Shown here: positions 40,610 to 48,348 of the stretch, piece by piece
Layout of the letters: every line of letters starts with the position of its first letter
Position numbering within the stretch: the first letter of the stretch is position 1
Assembly (NCBI GenBank): GCA_041641295.1
Contig: JBEPYO010000001.1
Span: forward strand, 96,001 to 160,000
Reading direction: 5' to 3'
Length of the DNA stretch: 64,000 bases
Source of the DNA: Nitrososphaerota archaeon
GTDB lineage: Archaea > Thermoproteota > Nitrososphaeria_A > Caldarchaeales > Calditenuaceae
Notes under the pieces: model-generated
What the model was told of the DNA's origin: nothing
The model's input: the letters and a program-made list of their open reading frames with translations, nothing else
The model's database searches: none
Position numbers and translations under genes: made by a program

Positions 40610-40669
40610 TATGCAAAAGTATGCAAAAATATGCAGAAAATCGGTGATAAAGGGAATCAGTGTTGCATA
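40610..40669. promoter_or_regulatory. Phased TATGCA(A/G)AA repeat array, candidate operator upstream of nirK
   Basis: TATGCAAAAG, TATGCAAAAA, TATGCAGAAA at 40610, 40620, 40630; inverted TTGCATA at 40663-40669. Confidence 0.65.
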
Positions 40670-40705
40670 TCGTGGTTAAGGCTGTCCCGGCTATACTATT
40701 GTTTG

Positions 40706-42190
40706 ATGAGAAGTCCCAAGACTAGAATCTACAGCGTCTGCGTCGCCATCTTCTTCTGCACTGCCATTCTGACCGTTGCAGCCTATGCCCAGCAGCAAAT
40801 TGTTTACGCAGATGTTCCGGGGAATCCGCCACCGGGTGCCACACCCAATAAGCGATTCCTCCTAATCACGTCTGAAAATGATGTCCTGATAGATGATGGT
40901 GTAGTCTTCAAGGCTTGGACCTTCAACGGCACTGTCCCAGGGCCGCTGATCTTGGTGGAGGAGGGTGATGTTGTCGAGATAACCGTGAAGAATGAGGGCA
41001 AGTATACGCATGGCGCCTCCATTCACGCTGCAAATACTCAGACATCCCTCTTCGTCGGCAGCATCCCGCCAGGTGAGTCGCGTAAGCTAGTCTTCAAGGC
41101 AGACTTCCCCGGCGTATACATGTACCACTGCGCGCCGGGTGGCCATGGAATCCTAACCCACACACTAGCGGGGATGTATGGAATGATTGTCGTTGAACCT
41201 AAGAAGGTGAAGTACAAGTTGGAGGAGCAGTTAGGAAAAGAGCCAGACATAAAGGTCTTTCTAGTCCAACACGAGGTCTACGCTAATGGTAAGGACTTCA
41301 CCGATGGTAGCCCAGTATACGTAATGTTCAACGGGAGAATGTTCAGATATTTGACTGAGCCGATCAAGGCGCGACCCGGAGACTACGTGAGATTCTACTT
41401 CTTGAACGTAGGACCGAACCTAGTGTCCAGTTTCCACGCCGTGGGTGGGATCTGGGAATACGTGTACCACGGCGGAAACCCAAACAATGTTGAGGAGGGG
41501 CTGCAGACAGTCACAGTAGGGCCAACAGACTCCTATGTCATAGAGTGGAGAGTGCCCTCTGAAGGGAACTTCCTGCTAGTGACACATGCCTTTGGAACAC
41601 AGACGCTTAAAGGAGCGGCGGGCTTCCTTTCCTCGAAGGTGGGCAACGAGAGGGTTAGTATGGTTTTGCCGAACGGCCCGTTACCGCCTCCACAAATCCA
41701 ATCCGCAAAGAGGGTAATAGCCCCCTTCGAGCCAACCCCCGAGGAGCGTGAAGCACCCACCACCTTCTATCCCGGCGACACAGTTGTGGTGCGGATAGTG
41801 GGTAACAGTTTCTACCCCAAGGTTGCGCGAGTTCCTACAGGCTCAAAGATTGTCTGGGTGAATGAGGATGTCTTGAGCATAGGCTCAGGCGAGGTTACTG
41901 GCCAACACAACGTGGCGACTGTCTCAGGACCCGAGACTTTCACTTCAGAGATACTTAAGAATGCTGAGAAGTTTGCTTTCACACCCACGAAAGAGGGTAC
42001 CTACAGCTATATCTGCGGAATACACCCCTACATGAAGGGCGAGATAATTGTCTACAAGGCAGCGGCGTTAGGCGGAGTTGGTCCGACGATAGACCTGACA
42101 TCCATCCTCGCATTTATTATAGGAATAGGGATTATCATTATGGCGATTGACCTCGGCCGGAGGAGCCGGACAAGACAAGAGACCAAATGA
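40706..42190 (+). CDS. nirK: Copper nitrite reductase (NirK-type) with fused C-terminal cupredoxin and membrane anchor
   Basis: Signal peptide, WTFNGTVPGP, HGASIH, YHCAPGGHGILTH...GM, SSFHAVG, LVTHAF; extra HNV...YICGIHPYM cupredoxin; C-terminal TM. Start moved to ATG 40706. Confidence 0.85.
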   Translation: MRSPKTRIYSVCVAIFFCTAILTVAAYAQQQIVYADVPGNPPPGATPNKRFLLITSENDVLIDDGVVFKAWTFNGTVPGPLILVEEGDVVEITVKNEGKYTHGASIHAANTQTSLFVGSIPPGESRKLVFKADFPGVYMYHCAPGGHGILTHTLAGMYGMIVVEPKKVKYKLEEQLGKEPDIKVFLVQHEVYANGKDFTDGSPVYVMFNGRMFRYLTEPIKARPGDYVRFYFLNVGPNLVSSFHAVGGIWEYVYHGGNPNNVEEGLQTVTVGPTDSYVIEWRVPSEGNFLLVTHAFGTQTLKGAAGFLSSKVGNERVSMVLPNGPLPPPQIQSAKRVIAPFEPTPEEREAPTTFYPGDTVVVRIVGNSFYPKVARVPTGSKIVWVNEDVLSIGSGEVTGQHNVATVSGPETFTSEILKNAEKFAFTPTKEGTYSYICGIHPYMKGEIIVYKAAALGGVGPTIDLTSILAFIIGIGIIIMAIDLGRRSRTRQETK

Positions 42191-42801
42191 CCAGAAAATA
42201 CTTCTACGCAACAATAATACTCTTCTTAACCTCCGCTTTTATGTTTTATACCGCATTGTCATCATTCAGATCACCAACAGAGCCGCAGACAGGTGTTGTT
42301 GTAAGCGGTAAACCACTACCAGATTTCTCACTAGTTAGCCAAGACAATCAGAGCTTCAGCCTACAAAAAGTTGCGGGAAGACCAGTTATCCTCTTCTTCG
42401 GATACACAAGCTGCCCCGACGTCTGCCCCCTAGCCATGAGAAAAATCGCGGCGTCGCTAAAAGCTCTAGGCCCCGAGAGGGGGGACTTCGCGGTCATTTT
42501 CATAACCGTGGATCCGGTGCGCGACACCCCCTCCATCCTAGCCAAGTGGGTCTCACAATACTATCCCGGGACGATAGCCCTTACAGGTGATCTGGAGGAG
42601 TTGGGTAGGGTATGGAGGGCTTATGGAGCTGCCAACCCCGATGACTATGGGTCGGCTGCTAAGAGTGGCGACACATACTACATCAGCCATAGCGCAGTCA
42701 TATATGTGGCGGACCGCAACCACGTGCTTCGATATATCCTAACCCCGGAGATGGATACGGAGGCTTTCAGGCAGGTCCTTGAAGAGATCCACCGGTCTTA
42801 G
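42187..42801 (+). CDS. SCO1/SenC copper chaperone
   Basis: N-terminal TM, FGYTSCPDVCP, ITVDPVRDTP, ISHS. Confidence 0.94.
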   Translation: MTRKYFYATIILFLTSAFMFYTALSSFRSPTEPQTGVVVSGKPLPDFSLVSQDNQSFSLQKVAGRPVILFFGYTSCPDVCPLAMRKIAASLKALGPERGDFAVIFITVDPVRDTPSILAKWVSQYYPGTIALTGDLEELGRVWRAYGAANPDDYGSAAKSGDTYYISHSAVIYVADRNHVLRYILTPEMDTEAFRQVLEEIHRS

Positions 42802-42858
42802 CCGCGACTCGATAGGCCAGAATAAGCGGGTTAAAATACTGACATTTCGTGTTCTCTA

Positions 42859-44760
42859 ATGATGCTTGAGGCGTGGCTAATCTGGTTGTTACCGATGACA
42901 GCTGCCTTCCTTGTCCCAGGCCTCGTTAAGATATCGAGGAGGGCTGGGGAGGTTTTCTCCGTTCTTGTGGTAGCTACCTCAGCTATTCTAACAATCACAC
43001 TACTCCCTCGCGTCTGGGGAGGAAAGAGTATCCAGACTGACATAGCATGGATAGGCCTACCTGGGGGCGGCTCAGTCCGACTAGGGGTTCTCCTTGACCC
43101 GCTATCAGTCGTCATGGCACTTATTGCCACGGGTATAGGGACCCTCATCATGCTTTACTCGATCGGCTACATGAACCATGAGGAGGGGGTTGGCCGATAC
43201 TTCTTCTTCATGACACTCTTCATAGGTGGTATGGTTCTTCTAGTCACCTCGTCAAACCTGCTTGGCATGTATATTGGCTGGGAGATTGTTGGAATCTGTA
43301 GCTATGCCCTGATCGGATACTATGTCCACAGGAGGGAGGCTAGAGAGGCCGCTATCAAAGCCTTCATAACTACTAGGATTGGTGATGTTCTTCTTTTCGC
43401 CTCCATTCTCATCACATTTGCCGTATTTAATACGTTGGAATTTACCGAGCTAAGACTGGCTATTGAGGAGAGGGCGGCGGCCGGACATCTTGACATGGGA
43501 CTCTTGACGCTGATCCTCCTACTCGCCTTCGGGGGGGCCATGGGGAAGTCTGCCCAGTTCCCACTCCACGTATGGCTTCCAGACGCCATGGAGGGCCCCA
43601 CACCCGTCTCCGCTCTAATACATGCAGCCACTATGGTGAAGGCGGGTGTCTACTTGGTGGCCAGATACAGCTTCACAATGGTTCCCTTCGAGCATTTCAC
43701 CCCCGCACAGCTCTCAAGCTGGTATACTATGATAGCGACGATAGGAGGTTTCACAGCTCTCTTCGCAGCGAGCATGGGACTCGTCACCAACGATATTAAG
43801 CGCGTTATCGCCTACTCGACGATCAGCCAGCTGGCCCTCATGTTCACCGCACTTGGGGTCGGGACTGCTGCGGGATGGTTCGGAGGTGTTTTCCACCTGG
43901 TCAGCCACTCGATATTCAAGGCGCTACTCTTCCTCGCATCGGGGGTAGTAATACACTACCTTGGCACGAACAACATCGATGAGATGGGCGGATTGAGAAG
44001 GGTTATGCCCATTACATTCTACACTGCTACGGTTGGCGTTTTAGCTCTTTCAGGAATTCCACCCTTCAACGGCTTTTTCAGCAAGGACATTGTGTTGGGA
44101 GCGCTCTTGGAGAGTGGTGCTTGGATCCCACTCCTGTTTGTGGCCTCGGCTTCAATCCTAACGGTGATCTATAGCTTCCGTTGGCTGGCCAAGGTTTTCC
44201 TAGGGGAGATGAGGCATCATGGAGGGGAGCACGGCCACGCCGAGTCGTATAAAACCATGACAACACCATTGGTAATCCTTGCGGCGCTCACCCTGACGGG
44301 TTTACCACCATTCGAAGAAGTTCTACACGACTTTATAGGAATCCACGAGGAAATCAAAATACCCCCAGCAACGTACGCCATCTCGGCGGGAATCGTCGTT
44401 ACCGGCTTCACCATTGCCTATCTATTCTATATTAGGCGGGCATGGAGTCCAGAGGCTGTACGCCAAGCCCCCCTCATGTCTGCAATCCACTCGCTCCTAG
44501 TGAACAGATACTACATTGACGCGGCGTACAAGATGGTCTTTGTGGACGGGTTTACAAGGCTATCAGCACTGATAAGAAGGGGGTTGGAGGAGAAGGTGAT
44601 AGATGGCATAAACTATGCAGCGGCAAGGGGGTTCCAGAAGATAGTAGACGTGATCCGATACATACAGACGGGGAGCAGCAACCTCAACATTAGCGGCGTA
44701 GCTATAGGCCTAGTAATCTTGCTACTTCTTCTCTTAGTGGGGCTTGCGGGCATCCTATAA
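42859..44760 (+). CDS. nuoL: NADH-quinone oxidoreductase subunit L (stand-alone here)
   Basis: GWEIVGICSYALIG, KAFITTRIGD, KSAQFPLHVWLPDAMEGPTPVSALIHAATMV, HSIFKALLFL. Confidence 0.93.
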   Translation: MMLEAWLIWLLPMTAAFLVPGLVKISRRAGEVFSVLVVATSAILTITLLPRVWGGKSIQTDIAWIGLPGGGSVRLGVLLDPLSVVMALIATGIGTLIMLYSIGYMNHEEGVGRYFFFMTLFIGGMVLLVTSSNLLGMYIGWEIVGICSYALIGYYVHRREAREAAIKAFITTRIGDVLLFASILITFAVFNTLEFTELRLAIEERAAAGHLDMGLLTLILLLAFGGAMGKSAQFPLHVWLPDAMEGPTPVSALIHAATMVKAGVYLVARYSFTMVPFEHFTPAQLSSWYTMIATIGGFTALFAASMGLVTNDIKRVIAYSTISQLALMFTALGVGTAAGWFGGVFHLVSHSIFKALLFLASGVVIHYLGTNNIDEMGGLRRVMPITFYTATVGVLALSGIPPFNGFFSKDIVLGALLESGAWIPLLFVASASILTVIYSFRWLAKVFLGEMRHHGGEHGHAESYKTMTTPLVILAALTLTGLPPFEEVLHDFIGIHEEIKIPPATYAISAGIVVTGFTIAYLFYIRRAWSPEAVRQAPLMSAIHSLLVNRYYIDAAYKMVFVDGFTRLSALIRRGLEEKVIDGINYAAARGFQKIVDVIRYIQTGSSNLNISGVAIGLVILLLLLLVGLAGIL

Positions 44761-44805
44761 GCGCGTCTAAACATATATAGGGTTCTTTAGGCTGATAAGA
44801 GTTAG

Positions 44806-44979
44806 ATGGGGATTAGAGAGTTCGCCAGATCGGTCATCACAGTGTTTAGGGTCGCTCAGAAGCCCACCAAAGAGACATACCTCACCTTTGCCCGAATAGC
44901 CCTAATAGGAGTGCTATTACTTGGCGTCATCTCCTTTCTTGTTAGATTCCTGATGATAGCTCTCCAAGGTGGGGTGTGA
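44806..44979 (+). CDS. secE: Protein translocase subunit SecE/Sec61-gamma (57 aa, absent from ORF track)
   Basis: Translated by hand: MGIREFARSVITVFRVAQKPTKETYLTFARIALIGVLLLGVISFLVRFLMIALQGGV; KP..E motif plus TM, directly upstream of spt5. Confidence 0.92.
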   Translation: MGIREFARSVITVFRVAQKPTKETYLTFARIALIGVLLLGVISFLVRFLMIALQGGV

Positions 44980-45452
44980 TGAGCCAGACTGAGAAGAAGT
45001 TTCAGATCTTCGCGATAAGAACCACAGTGGGACAGGAGAAGAACGTGGCAAGGCTCCTCTCAAACAGGATAGACACTGAGGCTGGGGACATAGCGTCAAT
45101 ATTCATTCTCCCGATGCTTAAGGGTTACGTGTTTATAGAGGGGGTGGACAAGGACCGAATAGCCCTCCTCACCCAAGGAATGATGCATGTTAAATCGAGG
45201 CCGATCACATCAGTCTCTATAGAAGAGCTGAAGCAACACATCGTCGAGAGGCCCGTGATAGACACTATCAACGAGGGTGAGATGGTCGAGGTTATTGCCG
45301 GGCCACTCAGGGGTGTGACTGGCAAGGTTCTACGCATCGACAGGCAGAAGAACTCGGTCACGATAGAGTTAACCGAGAGTATATATCCTCTCCCAATCTC
45401 TGTCCCGGCTCGACAGCTCAGGCCGATTCGACAGCAGCAGGAGACCCGCTAA
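44979..45452 (+). CDS. spt5: Transcription elongation factor Spt5 (NusG)
   Basis: TTVGQEKNVA, KGYVFIE, KOW motif VEVIAGPLRG. Confidence 0.95.
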   Translation: MSQTEKKFQIFAIRTTVGQEKNVARLLSNRIDTEAGDIASIFILPMLKGYVFIEGVDKDRIALLTQGMMHVKSRPITSVSIEELKQHIVERPVIDTINEGEMVEVIAGPLRGVTGKVLRIDRQKNSVTIELTESIYPLPISVPARQLRPIRQQQETR

Positions 45453-45506
45453 CCCTCCCTCTAGATTTTACAAGTATTTATTGTGGATTCCGAATAGGGA
45501 TTAAGC

Positions 45507-46010
45507 GTGGCTGAAAGGACATACAAGTTCTTGGTAGAGGGCGGCAAAGCGACTGCAGGGCCTCCGATAGGGCCTACACTTACACCCCTAGGAATCAATG
45601 TACTACAGCTTATAGAGGAGATAAATCGGAAGACCGCGGAGTTCAAAGGAATGCACGTTACAGTGATTGTGAAAGTAGACTCGGATACTAAGTCTTTCAG
45701 CGTCGAGGTGGGTGTACCAAGCACCATAGCCCTTATCGCGAAGGAGGCAGGTATTGAGAAGGGATCGAGCACAGCTCATAAACAGCCTGTGGGAAACCTC
45801 TCGCTGGACAGTCTAATTAAGATCGCTAAACTGAAGATGGAGCAGTTGAGGTCTACCTCTCTAAAGGCTGCCGTGCTCTCTGTGGCAGGGACGTGTGTGA
45901 GCATGGGTGTAACAATTGATGGGAAGAACCCGAAGGAGTTCATAGAGGAGGTTAGGATGGGTAAATACGATGAATTGCTCTCCGCGACTATCTCTTCTTC
46001 TCAGGCTTAA
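45507..46010 (+). CDS. rpl11: 50S ribosomal protein uL11
   Basis: GGKATAGPPIGP, IN.KT.EFKGM.V, GTCVSMGV. Confidence 0.97.
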   Translation: MAERTYKFLVEGGKATAGPPIGPTLTPLGINVLQLIEEINRKTAEFKGMHVTVIVKVDSDTKSFSVEVGVPSTIALIAKEAGIEKGSSTAHKQPVGNLSLDSLIKIAKLKMEQLRSTSLKAAVLSVAGTCVSMGVTIDGKNPKEFIEEVRMGKYDELLSATISSSQA

Positions 46011-46653
46011 TCTTAACTGGTGGGCTCATGCTTAACTTCAAGACAATGGACTTGATGTTAGCCCACCCGTTTTCAAGTCTCGAAACAACCCTCTCCACCA
46101 CAGCCCTGGCATTATCCAAGATCTGATCTACACTCATCTCCTCTGTCCCGATGATGCACATGACCTGAGGGACCTTACGCACTCTAGCTACTACTGTTCT
46201 CTTGTATCTCGCTGCAAACTCGTCGATATCTACGTTAGCCGGTATGGGGATAGGCGTCTTCCCCACCCCTCCTAGAGCGGCGCCGAGTGCTCGCGCAGCA
46301 ACGGGGACGAGCTGAGGCTCGATAAGGAAATGGTCAAACTCTCGTACAAGCCTCTTGGCAGCCTTCTTATTCCCCACCAACCCCTCTATCTCCTGTCTCT
46401 CAAAGACCCTGTCAACGTGTTGAGACCTAGACGCCCTCAGAGCTAACTCGCCGGTGGCTACAACTGCTATGCGCTTGGATGCAGACCCAAGGCCATGGGG
46501 CAGCTCTATCATTTCGCTGAAACGCTTCTCCGGCTTGCTCACATCGACATCCTTCAAGTTTATCACAAGCTCTACCGATTGAGTAAAGTTCCGCTTCTGC
46601 CTCTTCTCCAGCGCCTCACGAACTCCCCTTTCCAAGTCTATGACAGTAGACAT
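45988..46653 (-). CDS. rpl1: 50S ribosomal protein uL1
   Basis: KRNFTQSVELVINLKDVD, IGTEEM, KLSMSPPV. Confidence 0.95.
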   Translation of the reverse strand: MSTVIDLERGVREALEKRQKRNFTQSVELVINLKDVDVSKPEKRFSEMIELPHGLGSASKRIAVVATGELALRASRSQHVDRVFERQEIEGLVGNKKAAKRLVREFDHFLIEPQLVPVAARALGAALGGVGKTPIPIPANVDIDEFAARYKRTVVARVRKVPQVMCIIGTEEMSVDQILDNARAVVERVVSRLENGWANIKSIVLKLSMSPPVKIKPEKKR

Positions 46654-46710
46654 CCTTAGTAAACGACCTATTGGCTGTTTAATAGGTTTATAATCGTGTG
46701 TCGGACACCC

Positions 46711-47409
46711 CTATATCTTCAGCAGTAGCTCGGGATCCTTTAGCGTCCTCATCTTCTCCTCCTCGCCCTCAATCAGCCAAGTCATCCAGCAGAGCTCCGT
46801 GGGCCGTACACCGATCTTCTCGCAAATCTCGGTGACATTCTCAATGAAATCCATGTCCTTCTCAAATGGCTTGAAGCCTGAGTCTGCTAGAAGCCTGTTT
46901 ACCACTTTCTTCACCACTCTATCGGGCATTATGGTGTCGACCCCGCCCATCATCCTGAGGTACTGATAGGTAACGAGCCCAACCCCCTTTATGGAGCCTA
47001 TAGGGTCGCGTCTCCAATTATGAAGACTTGACCGAGAAGCCCAGTTTCTTAAGGCCTCTCTATCATCATCCCCATAGTAGGTTAGGTTGGCTGCGATGTT
47101 CTTTGCGACCCTCCAAAGGCGGGTATTTCTCCAGATATTTTTAACCCGTCTGATGTCCAGACGCGAGAGCTGCCGGAGCCCCACTACGTGTCCATTTTCC
47201 ACGAACCTATCCGCGAAGAGCTTCACTCGAGGAACCACGACATCGAAATAGCTTAGGCCGCTGGAGGTAAGCGCCGCGTCAACGACCATGAGAACTACGC
47301 TCCCACCCCACCGCTCTGTCCTCAGACACCTATCACAGGCCAGCTTGAGGTAGGGGAGGGAAGACATGATCCTAAGAATCCTCTCTCTCAGCAGGTCTAG
47401 GCTTCCCAA
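46711..47409 (-). CDS. Hypothetical protein with helix-hairpin-helix motif (HhH-GPD-like)
   Basis: IGSIKGVGLVTYQYLRMMGGVDTIMPDRVV resembles an HhH followed by a conserved Asp. Confidence 0.6.
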   Translation of the reverse strand: MGSLDLLRERILRIMSSLPYLKLACDRCLRTERWGGSVVLMVVDAALTSSGLSYFDVVVPRVKLFADRFVENGHVVGLRQLSRLDIRRVKNIWRNTRLWRVAKNIAANLTYYGDDDREALRNWASRSSLHNWRRDPIGSIKGVGLVTYQYLRMMGGVDTIMPDRVVKKVVNRLLADSGFKPFEKDMDFIENVTEICEKIGVRPTELCWMTWLIEGEEEKMRTLKDPELLLKI

Positions 47410-47475
47410 TCCATGCCTTGATAGTAGGGCTGGATGGCATTTAAATAGTTGGCTAAGATTGCATTATTCAAAGCC

Positions 47476-48348
47476 ATGGTCAGGGCTGCCCTGTTGCTGA
47501 GGCCGAGGGAGTTAAAGGCTAAGCGGATAGAGGAGCTGAAGAACCTGTTCCAGACCTATCGCGTGATAGGTCTCATAGACCTCTTCAGGTCCTCGGCAGA
47601 TCTTATCCACCTATTCCGGAGCAAGTTTAGGGGCCAAGCCGTCATCAAGGTGGCTAGAAAGACGCTGGTGATAAGGGCGGCTAGGGAGGCTGGGAGAGAA
47701 AAAATAGCGGAATACTTGGAGAAGGAGAAAAGGCCCATAGCACTCATATTCACTAACATTAACCCCTTCCTCCTGAAACTTGAGCTCGATAGGGGAAGGG
47801 TTCTCACACCACCAAGACCCGGCGAGACAGCCGATATAGACGTGGTTGTTCCGCCAATCAACACAGGGCTACAGCCAGGCCCCATACTCTCTGAGTTCGG
47901 GAAACTCAAGATCCCCACAAGGATTGAGGGTGGGACAATATGGATTGCTAAGGAAACCACAGTCGCCAAGAAGGGCGATGTGATCCAGCCAACCCTGGCA
48001 TCACTCCTCACAAAGCTGGAGATAGGCGCTGTTTATCGGAGCATAAACCTCACAGTAGCCTTTGACGGCGACCTGCTCATCCCCTCCGAGCTTTTAGCCA
48101 TCGATGTCGAAGGAACAAGAAAGATGCTCTCAGAGGCCCACTCAACGTCTCTAGCACTCGCAATAGAGATTGGGTATGCTACTCCAGAGACAATTGTTCC
48201 TATGCTGGTGAAGGCACACCGCGCAGCGGTTAGCGTCTCTCTTGCAGCGGGTTACACAACCAAGGAAACTATAGGTGTCCTACTTGCGAAGGCCGCCTCA
48301 GAGGCAGCTACCCTTCAGAAGATTGTAGATTCTCGATCAGCCTCTTGA
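47476..48348 (+). CDS. rpl10: 50S ribosomal protein uL10 (P0)
   Basis: IKVARKTL, ALIFTNINPF, NTGLQPGP, IPTRIEGGTI. Confidence 0.95.
   Translation: MVRAALLLRPRELKAKRIEELKNLFQTYRVIGLIDLFRSSADLIHLFRSKFRGQAVIKVARKTLVIRAAREAGREKIAEYLEKEKRPIALIFTNINPFLLKLELDRGRVLTPPRPGETADIDVVVPPINTGLQPGPILSEFGKLKIPTRIEGGTIWIAKETTVAKKGDVIQPTLASLLTKLEIGAVYRSINLTVAFDGDLLIPSELLAIDVEGTRKMLSEAHSTSLALAIEIGYATPETIVPMLVKAHRAAVSVSLAAGYTTKETIGVLLAKAASEAATLQKIVDSRSAS

Noticed and set aside
40607-40705. N-terminal extension of NirK in the ORF track
   Set aside because: It translates the repeat/promoter region; the signal peptide begins at ATG 40706.
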